Counted from the first letter of the stretch, positions 1 through 7,810 are shown. The stretch: DNA of 13,664 bases from an uncultured Spirochaetota bacterium (GCA_963745235.1 CAVUXE010000096.1:1-13664); one strand, 5' to 3'. Numbers and translations are program-made. Notes: a model not told the origin generated them from the sequence alone.

Positions 1-759
1 GCGGCGCGCATGTCGCCGGGCCTCAGCGGAGCAGAGCTGGCGAACGCCATGAACGAGGCTGCGCTGCTTGCGGCACGCCAGCGTCATGATGCGGTCACGC
101 TGAAGGATTTCGAGGCTGCGATGGAACGGGCGGTTGCCGGGCTGGAGAAAAGGACCCGCGTGATGAATGAGCAGGAACGGAAAACCGTGGCCTATCACGA
201 GTCCGGGCATGCACTGATCGCTGCGCTCGTGCCGCACTCTGACCCGGTGAGCAAGATCAGCATCGTCCCGCGAACCCGAGGTGCGCTGGGCTACACGATG
301 CAGGCGCCGACGGAAGATCGGTACCTGCTCTCCATGGAGGAGCTGCAGGACCGCATCGCCGTGATGCTGGGCGGAAGGGCTGCCGAGAAGGTGACTTTCA
401 ACACGGTCAGCACGGGGGCGAGCGATGACATACAGCGGGCAACTGAGCTGGCGCGACGGATGATCACCGAGTTCGGAATGAGCGAGAAGCTTGGTTCGGT
501 GCGCTATGCAGGGCAGCAGCTCCAGTATCTGGGCGGAGCAATTGAGGACAATAGCCAGATCAGTCCGGAAACTCGCAAGGTGATTGACCAGGAGACCCAG
601 CGTATCCTCACAGAGCAATATGAACGCGCGCAGGAGCTTTTGAGGAAGCACCAGGCCGCTTTGCAAAGGTTAAGCCAGTCCCTCTTGACTCATGAGTCGG
701 TCGATGGCAGCGCCGTGCGGGAGGCGCTTCAAGCCTCGCCGGGTGCCGCGTCCTCCTGA
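1..759 (+). CDS. ftsH: ATP-dependent zinc metalloprotease FtsH family, C-terminal part (AAA lid + peptidase M41); 5' end lies outside the window
   Basis: Frame is open from base 1. It contains the AAA-lid pattern PGLSGAELANAMNEAALLAAR, the zinc motif HEXXH (AYHESGHA), the M41 motifs ALGYT and LGGRAAE, and TGASDDI carrying the third ligand. Stop TGA at 757-759. Confidence 0.95.
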   Translation, partial: AARMSPGLSGAELANAMNEAALLAARQRHDAVTLKDFEAAMERAVAGLEKRTRVMNEQERKTVAYHESGHALIAALVPHSDPVSKISIVPRTRGALGYTMQAPTEDRYLLSMEELQDRIAVMLGGRAAEKVTFNTVSTGASDDIQRATELARRMITEFGMSEKLGSVRYAGQQLQYLGGAIEDNSQISPETRKVIDQETQRILTEQYERAQELLRKHQAALQRLSQSLLTHESVDGSAVREALQASPGAASS

Positions 760-781
760 TCGTGCAGGATGGTGGTGACTG

Positions 782-812
782 AGTTGGGAGCGGCAACGTG
801 CCGCTCCCAACT
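782..812. terminator. Perfect hairpin between convergent genes; probable bidirectional terminator or transcript-end structure
   Basis: AGTTGGGAGCGGCA (782-795), loop ACG, then TGCCGCTCCCAACT (799-812): a 14-bp perfect inverted repeat between the ftsH stop (759) and the convergent stop (831). There is no strong U-tract on either side. Confidence 0.65.
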
Positions 813-830
813 TCTGGGCGGGGCGTCGCG

Positions 831-1373
831 CTACTTCGCGGGACGATGCATGCGAATCCTGATGCCCAACGCGATCAGGAGGACGCCGAACACGATGGCG
901 TAGACTCCCAACAGCCAAATCAGGCCCAAGATCCCAGCGCCGGGGAAAATCATCAGGAGGACGGCGAACAGGATCGAGACAATGCCGGAGAGAATCCACC
1001 ATACCTCCCCCTGGATCTCCTTGCGAAGGCGGATGGCCCCGACAATCTCCAGGATGCCAGTCGTGAGGCTCCATGCAGCGATGTAAAAGAGAAGACCGAT
1101 CGCCGTCACGCCAGGCGCGAAGAAGGTAATGATCCCGATCCCTATCCCCAGGAGCCCCTCGAACAACAGCAGCCACCTGTCATCACGGGCCTTCCAGCCT
1201 CCGATGGCCTTTACCAGGAGGAAAACTCCGTTGACGAAGACGTAGATACCAAAGACGATGATAAGTGCGGTGACCGTGATCCCTGGCCAGACGAAAACCA
1301 TGACACCGAATACGACAGCAAGGACTCCTCGAGCGATGAACGCCCACCAGTAGCGAGTCAGTACCTCTAACAT
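831..1373 (-). CDS. HdeD/DUF308 family multi-pass membrane protein (180 aa)
   Basis: Starts MLEVLTRYWWAFIARGVLAVVFG, with about six hydrophobic segments in a repeated pattern, plus GILEIVGAIRLRKEIQGEVW and LIWLLGVYAIVFG, typical of DUF308. Start moved from 1529 to the ATG at 1373 because an SD (AGGAGGGGAG, 1390-1381) precedes it. Confidence 0.9.
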   Translation of the reverse strand: MLEVLTRYWWAFIARGVLAVVFGVMVFVWPGITVTALIIVFGIYVFVNGVFLLVKAIGGWKARDDRWLLLFEGLLGIGIGIITFFAPGVTAIGLLFYIAAWSLTTGILEIVGAIRLRKEIQGEVWWILSGIVSILFAVLLMIFPGAGILGLIWLLGVYAIVFGVLLIALGIRIRMHRPAK

Positions 1374-1986
1374 ATTGCGCCTCCCCTCCTGCGGGAGCTT
1401 TGTTGTGGAGCTTCCGCTGAACGTCTTCTCCCGACTTTGCTCGATTATCAGAAAAGCGCGACGGCGCAAGGGAATCCACGGCGGCCACGGCGCTGACTCC
1501 GCTGTGCAATCGCGATTTCGGACATACAATTTGGTTTTCGTCCAGTCAATTCATGATCGGATCAGGCCATCCGGGGTCAGCGGCAACTGATTTCGTTTTC
1601 GTTGAACGTGGGGCATTTCGTCCGTTTTGGAAGACAGGCCTCGTCTGAACACTGTTCGCGACACCAGACGGGCGTGTGTTTGCCGCCAGCCCCACCGCGT
1701 ATAGATAGACTCTTTGGAAGAACAATCTGCGCGATCGGTCCAGCAAGCCTTGCGGATCAAGCGGACAAACGTGGAGTGAGACTTCTCAAGAAAAGGGCGG
1801 AGAAGGGCCACGCGCGTGGAGAGATCACCGTCCGGGCCGCCCACTCCCGCAGGTCGTTCGCGGCGTTGATTTCTCCCGCCGCGAGTCGCGCCACAGCTAC
1901 CCTGAACTTCCCATGCCCGCAAACAAACAAGTCCGGTTCGCCGATGATTCGGGCGGTCTTGTTCGCAGTCGATTCTGCCGCGTTCT

Positions 1987-3000
1987 TCAGGCTTCCACCG
2001 ACACACGGCTGCGGCGGTATGCGCCGGGGGCCACCCCGATCTCCCTCTTGAACGCCGCGCTGAAGGCGGCCTCGGAGCCGTAGCCCACCCGCTGGGCGAT
2101 CTCCTCCAGCGTGCAGGTCGTGGTGGACAGAAGCTCGATCGCGTTCAGCATCCGAACGTGCGTGAGGTAGGCGAACGGTGCCATGCCGGTGGTCTCGGTG
2201 AACTTCACCGCAAAGCTCGTGCGCGACATGTACGCTTCCTCCGCAAGAGCGGCCACCGTCCAGGGCTTTTCGGGGAACCGGTGGAGAAGTTCCGCCACTC
2301 CGCGGAGCGAGGGATCGAACATGAGAGCAAGGGAGGTCCCCTTGCATGAGCCCGACTCCCGCCTCCTGCGTGCCATCTCGCTTCGCAGCACGTGGATGAA
2401 CAGCAGCTTGACCAACTCTTCAGTGGCGGCCCGCGAGCCCGGCAGGCTGGACCGTTGTTCACGGCAAAGCGCCCGGAGAATCGGCTCGAATGTCGGAGGA
2501 GTTTCATCGGTGATGGACCGCGTGTAGATGATGGGGTCCATGCCCACGAGGGCCGCGGAAGTGAGCGGCGATCCGAACCGGAACTCCCCAATGAGAAGGT
2601 TCGTGGACGGACCATCCCCGCCGGAGCAGATCGTCGGCCGGCTTCCAGAGGTGTCGGCTCCCGCCATCAGGCTTGAAAAGGGCACGAGCTGGCTGCTGGC
2701 GGCATCTTTCAGGACGTGCGGCATCCCCACAGGAAGCATCGCCAGGTCCCCTGCTGCCAGGCGCCCGACGGATTGACGTCCGCTGTCCGTTTCCGGCCCG
2801 GCCAGCTCGATGAGGCACTCTCCCTGCGTGACAATGTAGAATGGCGCCCTGTTCTTCTGCTCCGGTACCTCGAATCCCCACGGGGCGCTGAGAGTGGCGT
2901 CATAACGCATCCCTCCCGTGAGCCGCAGCGCTCGAAGCATTTCGGACAGGATATCGACGCCGTTTGTTGCCTCAGGAGACTGTTCTGAACGATCACTCAT
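1987..3000 (-). CDS. AraC family transcriptional regulator with N-terminal cupin-type sensor domain (Cupin_6/RclR-like; 337 aa)
   Basis: N-terminus DILSEMLRALRL...LSAPWG...FYIVTQGEC...LAAGDLAMLP.G.PH; C-terminal double HTH PWTVAALAEEAYMSRTSFA...IAQRVGYGSEAAFSAAFKR.IG.APG.YR. Start placed at ATG 3000, because the ORF-track extension to 3315 overlaps the divergent gene. Confidence 0.93.
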   Translation of the reverse strand: MSDRSEQSPEATNGVDILSEMLRALRLTGGMRYDATLSAPWGFEVPEQKNRAPFYIVTQGECLIELAGPETDSGRQSVGRLAAGDLAMLPVGMPHVLKDAASSQLVPFSSLMAGADTSGSRPTICSGGDGPSTNLLIGEFRFGSPLTSAALVGMDPIIYTRSITDETPPTFEPILRALCREQRSSLPGSRAATEELVKLLFIHVLRSEMARRRRESGSCKGTSLALMFDPSLRGVAELLHRFPEKPWTVAALAEEAYMSRTSFAVKFTETTGMAPFAYLTHVRMLNAIELLSTTTCTLEEIAQRVGYGSEAAFSAAFKREIGVAPGAYRRSRVSVEA

Positions 3001-3006
3001 AAAACG

Positions 3007-3035
3007 AATATACTTTATGATTTTCCATACGACAA
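3007..3035 (-). promoter_or_regulatory. Putative sigma70 promoter for the araC-type gene (leaderless geometry)
   Basis: Minus strand reads TTGTCG (3035-3030), N17, TATATT (3012-3007), N6, ATG (3000). It sits in an AT-rich patch with no SD before the ATG. Confidence 0.55.
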
Positions 3036-3130
3036 ATTTCGCTGATATTCCTTGCAGAACAGTTGAACGGGAGGAACCGATTCCGTGACAGCCGACGCCG
3101 GGCGCGGCATCAGGTCGGGGAGGAGGAAAT

Positions 3131-4216
3131 GTGCCAAACGTTGGTACGCTGAGTATGGTCCAGAGCGCGGAAGCCAACGCGGTTAGAACCGACGCGCCGG
3201 CCGTCCTGCTCCTGGAAGACCAGGAGCAGATCCGCGAACTTGTTGCTGCCATGCGCGCGACACGGGGTCTTGCCTTCGACACGGCGTCCTGTATCGCCGA
3301 CGCGCGAAAGCTCATGGCGAAAAAGCGTTACGATCTTCTGCTTGTTGACGAGGGGCTTCCCGATGGATCAGGGCTGTCGTTTGTTCAGGAAGAGACTGTC
3401 GGATCTTTTCTCGTTGTGGTGATCACGGGCTCGCACGATTTCCAGACTGCCGTTCGCGCCCTGCGGAACGGCGCTATCGACTTCATCAACAAGCCCTTCA
3501 GTGTCGGTGACGTCCTTCGCCGGGTCGACACGGCCGTCGAAAAATGGAAATCGCGCCAGCGCCTCCAGGAGCAGGCCAAGGCCCTAGAGACTCTGGTGAA
3601 AAACAGGGCGGATAAGCTGTCCCGATCCTTCCGCCAGATCGGCGAGGTGCACGACAACACGGTTCTCGCCCTTGGGGCGGCGCTGAACCTCAAGGATCAC
3701 GAAACGGCGGAACACTGCTCGCGGGTGTCCGAGAACTCGGCAGCCCTGGGACGGATTCTCTCTCTTTCGGAGCTCGAGCTCCAGAACCTCAAATGGGGTG
3801 CACACCTGCACGATGTCGGCAAGATCGGCATCCCCGAGCAGATACTGTTGAAGCAGGGTCCGCTTACGGCCGAGGAACGTGCAATCATGGAGAAGCATCG
3901 CCTCATGGGGTACGAGCTGCTGCGCAACATCGATTTCCTTGCACCGGCCTCCGACGTGGTTCTCTCCCACCACGAGAGATATGACGGCACCGGCTACCCC
4001 CACCGCCTGCGGGGGACCCGCATTCCTTTGCGCGCGCGCATATTCTCCATCATGGATGCGCTGGACGCAATCACGTCGGATCGCCCGTACCATGTGGCGT
4101 CGCCGATTTCGGCGGCAATGGAAGAGATCGGCAGCCGGGCTGGATCGCAATTTGATCCGGAAATCGTGCAGCCGTTTCTTGCAGCGCCACAGACGATCTG
4201 GCGAATCCAGCGTTAG
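3131..4216 (+). CDS. Response regulator with REC + HD-GYP domains (RpfG-like cyclic dinucleotide phosphodiesterase)
   Basis: SD AGGAGG at 3121-3126 before GTG. REC motifs LLLED, DLLLVD (phospho-Asp), ITG and KPF. HD-GYP motifs ETAEH, LHDVGKIG, HHERYDGTGYP and D.LDAITSDRPY. Confidence 0.95.
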   Translation: MPNVGTLSMVQSAEANAVRTDAPAVLLLEDQEQIRELVAAMRATRGLAFDTASCIADARKLMAKKRYDLLLVDEGLPDGSGLSFVQEETVGSFLVVVITGSHDFQTAVRALRNGAIDFINKPFSVGDVLRRVDTAVEKWKSRQRLQEQAKALETLVKNRADKLSRSFRQIGEVHDNTVLALGAALNLKDHETAEHCSRVSENSAALGRILSLSELELQNLKWGAHLHDVGKIGIPEQILLKQGPLTAEERAIMEKHRLMGYELLRNIDFLAPASDVVLSHHERYDGTGYPHRLRGTRIPLRARIFSIMDALDAITSDRPYHVASPISAAMEEIGSRAGSQFDPEIVQPFLAAPQTIWRIQR

Positions 4217-4285
4217 GCCGCATCCCGGTATGGTATTGACCGCAAGAAATGACGCAAAACAGCAATGAGGAGGTGAGTCAAGATC

Positions 4286-5011
4286 ATGTCCAAGATAATT
4301 ATCCTGGGTGCAACGGGTTCTCTTGGGAGGCATGTGGTTCAGCAGGCAGTCGCGGCAAACCATGGCGTTTCAGTGCTGACACGAAGTTTGCCGGTAGCGC
4401 CGGCCGAAATTCAAAAGAAAATTGTCGTCCACCAGGCGGATCTCTCTGAGATGTCAGCATCTGCGCTCGCAACCATTTTTCGGGATCATGAAGTCGTGAT
4501 CAACACAGCCGGAAACGTTGCGCAAGGGCAAGCGTTTGTCGAGCTCATCGATCACATTGTTGCCAGCCTCGAGCTGATTCCTGAGGCAGAGAGGCCTGTC
4601 GCCTGGTTCCTGGCAGGTTTAGGTCTCCTTGACATCGATGGGCGCGGTCGAACGGGTGTCGACTTGCCGATGATCGGCGAGAACTACTGGCCTCATCGCT
4701 CCAATTTCGACCGTATCCGCCAAACCAATCTAGATTGGCGAATCTTGTGTCCGGGGCCCATGGTAGATGAGCCTCCCCTGGGACTCACCAGATTGCGCAT
4801 CTCGTTGGACCGACTGCCACTGGAAATGCCGGAGGAAATCCAGTCCGTGCCAGACTCGAGCGCCTTGCGTTTCCTCAGCAATCACATGTCGGAACTGGTC
4901 GTACCATACCAGGACGCGGCCGCGCTCATGCTCGCGAACATCGCTCGCGGCGGCGAAATGTCCCGCCACCGGGTCGGGTTGGCCCTGCCCCCGGAGGGGT
5001 ACACACGATGA
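4286..5011 (+). CDS. NAD(P)H-binding Rossmann-fold protein (NAD_binding_10 / flavin-reductase-like atypical SDR)
   Basis: N-terminal IIILGATGSLG dinucleotide-binding motif, VVINTAG and LDWRILCPG. SD GAGGAGGT at about 4267-4274. Confidence 0.88.
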   Translation: MSKIIILGATGSLGRHVVQQAVAANHGVSVLTRSLPVAPAEIQKKIVVHQADLSEMSASALATIFRDHEVVINTAGNVAQGQAFVELIDHIVASLELIPEAERPVAWFLAGLGLLDIDGRGRTGVDLPMIGENYWPHRSNFDRIRQTNLDWRILCPGPMVDEPPLGLTRLRISLDRLPLEMPEEIQSVPDSSALRFLSNHMSELVVPYQDAAALMLANIARGGEMSRHRVGLALPPEGYTR

Positions 5012-6427
5012 GCCATCAGGACGACCTGAAGTCTCTGACGCGCCAAGATCTCGAACAGTCGACTCGTCCGGGCTCCTATCGGGCGAAACGACTCCCCGGA
5101 ATCGCCTACGATTCCGTACCCGCATCGCTCAAGGACAGCGTCATTGAGCCGGGAGATCTCAATTACCCGCGGGTCAAGTCCACCTTCTTCCGTGGCGGAG
5201 CTCCAGGCATCGTTTTTCAGACGAAGCACACGGGGCAGGTCGTCGAGGCGGTCAGGTTCGCCCGTTCGCACACGCATTTGCCGCTGGGCATCCGAAGCGG
5301 CGGGCACGGCATCCGTGGCCGGTCCACAAACGACGGAGGCATCGTGATCGATCTATCCCGAATGGCGAAGATCGAAGTCCTCGACCCATCCATCCGACTG
5401 GTTCGCATCGAGCCGGGTGCCCGTTGGATGGACGTCGCCGCCGCTCTGGCTCCGCTTGGATGGGCGCTGAGCTCGGGCGATAGCGGAGCCGTCGGAGTTG
5501 GGGGCCTGGCAACCGCTGGTGGTATCGGCTTGCTCGGACGAGCCCACGGGCTGACGATTGACCGCCTGCGCGCGGTCGAGCTGGTCCTTGCGGACGGCTC
5601 GGTGGTGCGCGCGAGCGATAGGGAACACCCGGATCTCTTCTGGGCGGTAAGAGGCGCCGGCTCGCTTTTCGGAATCGCAACCTCGTTCGAATTCCAGGCC
5701 GCAGAGGTGAGAAACGTGGGTTGGGCTCAAATGGTCTTCGATGCCGGGGACATCGCGGGCTTCCTGGAAAAGTGGGGAGGGATCGTGCGAGAGCTCGCCG
5801 CGGGACGTGACAAGTTTCCTGATCCTCAACCCGCCGCGTCTGGGCCAACCGGCCCTTGCCTTTGTCATGACCATGATCAATTCCGACAACTCGAAAACCA
5901 TCGAGGATCGACTCAAGCCCATCGTCAGCATGGCGCCGATGTACGACCAGCGCGTGGAGATCACTTCCTACGCCAGCATTCTGGCGAACGCCCATGTGGG
6001 CCAGAACACCGCAGAGGGGGAACCCGTCTCACGTTCCGGGTCTGTCGAACACATCACGCCGGAATTCGCCGCTGCCGCCGCACGGTTGCTCCGAAGCGGC
6101 GTGACCTATTTCTTCCAGATCCGATCGATGGGCGGCGCCATCGCCGACGTCCCCGTGGAGGCGACGGCATTCGGCAGCCGCTCGGCCAATTTCGAAGTCA
6201 CCGCGGGAGGCACGAGCCGCGAGCGACTGGATGAAAGCTGGGACACCATGCAGAGGTTCTTCTGCGGGTTGTACTACAGCTTCGATACCGACCCGAGGCC
6301 AGAGCGCGTCCGATCAGCATTTCCGCCCTCCACCCTGGAGCGTCTCCGTGCCCTGAAACTGAATTACGACCCTGGCAACCTCTTTCGCGATAACCTCTCC
6401 CTTGAGCCTCGGCGTCCCGAGAGGTAA
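5008..6427 (+). CDS. FAD-binding oxidoreductase (FAD_binding_4 + BBE-like C-terminus), interrupted by a +1 frameshift near 5787; about 472 aa when corrected
   Basis: RSGGHG flavinylation motif, VGVGGLATAGGIG and DLFWAVRGAG lie in the first frame; LRALKLNYDPGNLF (BBE-type tail) lies in the next frame. Removing one base at 5787/5788 gives KWGGIVESSPRDVTSFLI. ATGA overlap with the upstream gene. Confidence 0.9.
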
Positions 6428-6528
6428 TCTGATCGCCGCCTTCGTACGAGAATGCCACGCCCTATTCCTTGAACCCGCGAACTTCTGAGCATGCTCGTCC
6501 CGCACGGAGCTGCTTCCGCCAACTCAGC

Positions 6529-6585
6529 CGCCATCCTGCTGCCGCACCGGGGGCAGGACATCAAATCCAGCGCGTGAACCTTCAC
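6529..6585 (-). mobile_element. Probable degenerate fragment of an IS91-like (Y2 rolling-circle) transposase C-terminus
   Basis: Translates VKVHALDLMSCPRCGSRMA, resembling the recalled C-terminal motif (WARL)xxKVYEVDPLxCPxCGxxM of IS91-like transposases. The match is very short and the flanks are unrecognisable. Confidence 0.45.
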
Positions 6586-6636
6586 GAACCGGATCTCCGC
6601 GCGGGCCGCATGGTCAGCCCGGCCGTCAAGGCAACG

Positions 6637-6666
6637 TTGACGCGGCGCAATGATGGCTGCTACTAT
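6637..6666 (+). promoter_or_regulatory. Putative sigma70 promoter of the lacI-type gene (extended -10)
   Basis: TTGACG (6637-6642), N18, TACTAT (6661-6666), with a TGn (TGC, 6658-6660) directly before the -10. This implies ATG 6683 is the start. Confidence 0.6.
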
Positions 6667-6682
6667 GAAAAGCGATACGAAA

Positions 6683-7700
6683 ATGAGAGATCATTCCATC
6701 GCGGACATAGCCCGCGCATCGCGGGTGTCTGTGTCTACCGTCTCGCGGATCCTGAATGACCGGCCTGACGTCTCCGAGGCCACGCGCAAGCGTGTGCTGG
6801 GCGTCATACGGCGCATGGGGTATTTCCCGCATCCTCACGCACGGCGCCTTGCCAGCGGAACAAGCGACACGATTGCCCTCGTGCACCCCATCAGCGGCTA
6901 TGCAGACTACGTCCTTCTTGACTTCATCCTCGGCGCGAGCGCGGTTGCCGAGGAACAGCGGTTCTTCCTCAATCTCGTCACCCGACCGCTAAAAGGGAAT
7001 GACCTGAAGTCGATCTACAGCAGCCGCCATGCGGACGGCGTCATCCTGATGCAGATCTGCCTCTCAGACTGGCGTGTCGACCTTCTGCGTCGGGCCGGAC
7101 TTCCCTTTGTCATGATCGGGCGGACCGCGGACTGCGACGGGTTGTGCTACGTGGACCCGGATTTCCATGCGGCCGTCACGACCGTCATGGACCATCTCAC
7201 CGGGCTCGGGCATCGGAAGATCGGATACCTGCACCACCCGCATGCACGCATCGAGGAGGGATACGGGCCGGCCGTTCGGCAGGCGGAAGCGTATGCCCGA
7301 TACGTGAAAGACCGGGGCCTGCCGAGCCTGGTCGAGCATACGGATTTCTCCTATGCAGGATCCTACGAGGCCGCCCGGGCTCTCCTGAGGGCCGAGCCCG
7401 GCCTGACAGCCGCCGTGTCTCCGTCCGGGGACGGAGTTGCAGGGATCATCGAGGCGGCCCGCCAGGCAGGCAGACGCGTGCCGGAGGACTTTTCCGTGGT
7501 CTCTTCCTCCTGCGCCGAACGGGTGGCCATGTCGATGCTGCCATCCCTGACCTCGGTGGTCATGGAATCCGCTCTCATGGGGTCCATCGCGGCACGGATG
7601 CTCATCAGGCTTCTTAAGGACCGCTCCTACGTCCCCGAGCAGATCCTCCGGCCGCCCGGTTTTCGTGGTTCGCAAGAGCACCGCAGCCGCTCCGTGTTAG
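6683..7700 (+). CDS. LacI family transcriptional regulator; +1 frameshift near 7657 hides the true C-terminus (about 338 aa corrected)
   Basis: HTH SIADIARASRVSVSTVSRILN, hinge PHPHARRL, then GHRKIGYL, VPEDFSVV and PSLTSV. Deleting one base in CCCGG (7655-7659) gives PPVFVVRKSTAAAPC-stop (TAG 7698-7700), matching the usual LacI ending LvvRxST and freeing the downstream promoter. Confidence 0.93.
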
Positions 7701-7723
7701 AACTTCCGGTTATGACTTCCGGC

Positions 7724-7752
7724 TTGACAGCGCCGGCCGGCGGATGTATTTT
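7724..7752 (+). promoter_or_regulatory. Sigma70 promoter of the sugar ABC/GH31 operon
   Basis: Consensus TTGACA (7724-7729), N17, TATTTT (7747-7752). Confidence 0.75.
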
Positions 7753-7782
7753 CCGGTAGCGTTACCGGTAGCGCTACCGGAA
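7751..7782. promoter_or_regulatory. Tandem overlapping LacI-type operators forming a 32-bp palindrome
   Basis: TTCCGGTAGCGTTACCGGTAGCGCTACCGGAA has 15 of 16 base pairs complementary. It contains CCGGTAGCGTTACCGG (7753-7768) and CCGGTAGCGCTACCGG (7765-7780), each centred on CG as in LacI-family operators, and covers the predicted transcription start. Confidence 0.8.
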
Positions 7783-7810
7783 CCAGCCTATGCTCGAAGG
7801 AGGTCATGAT

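Noticed and set aside
1374-1529. N-terminal extension of the HdeD-family ORF from TTG 1529
   Set aside because: A strong SD precedes ATG 1373 and the extension has no family-like character.
1521-1549. Minus-strand TTGACT-N17-TATGTC as the promoter of the HdeD-family gene
   Set aside because: The -10 lacks the conserved final T and lies about 150 bp from the start; too weak to call.
3001-3315. 105-aa N-terminal extension of the AraC ORF (442-aa call)
   Set aside because: It overlaps the promoter region and the start of the divergent HD-GYP gene; family similarity begins only near ATG 3000.
4230-4265. GACGCAAAAC just downstream of the HD-GYP gene resembles part of the c-di-GMP-I (GEMM) riboswitch consensus
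   Set aside because: No upstream GGCAAA plus GNRA-capped stem, and only about 25 nt remain before the next ATG, too little for the second hairpin.
7658-7759. LacI C-terminal tail GFRGSQEH...GCIFR from the ORF track
   Set aside because: Best explained as read-through after the +1 frameshift; it runs across the downstream promoter, while the shifted frame gives the canonical ending.
7751-7782. Palindrome as a CRISPR repeat, IS end or terminator
   Set aside because: Single locus with no spacers, no transposase and no U-tract; its position over a promoter start next to a LacI gene fits an operator.
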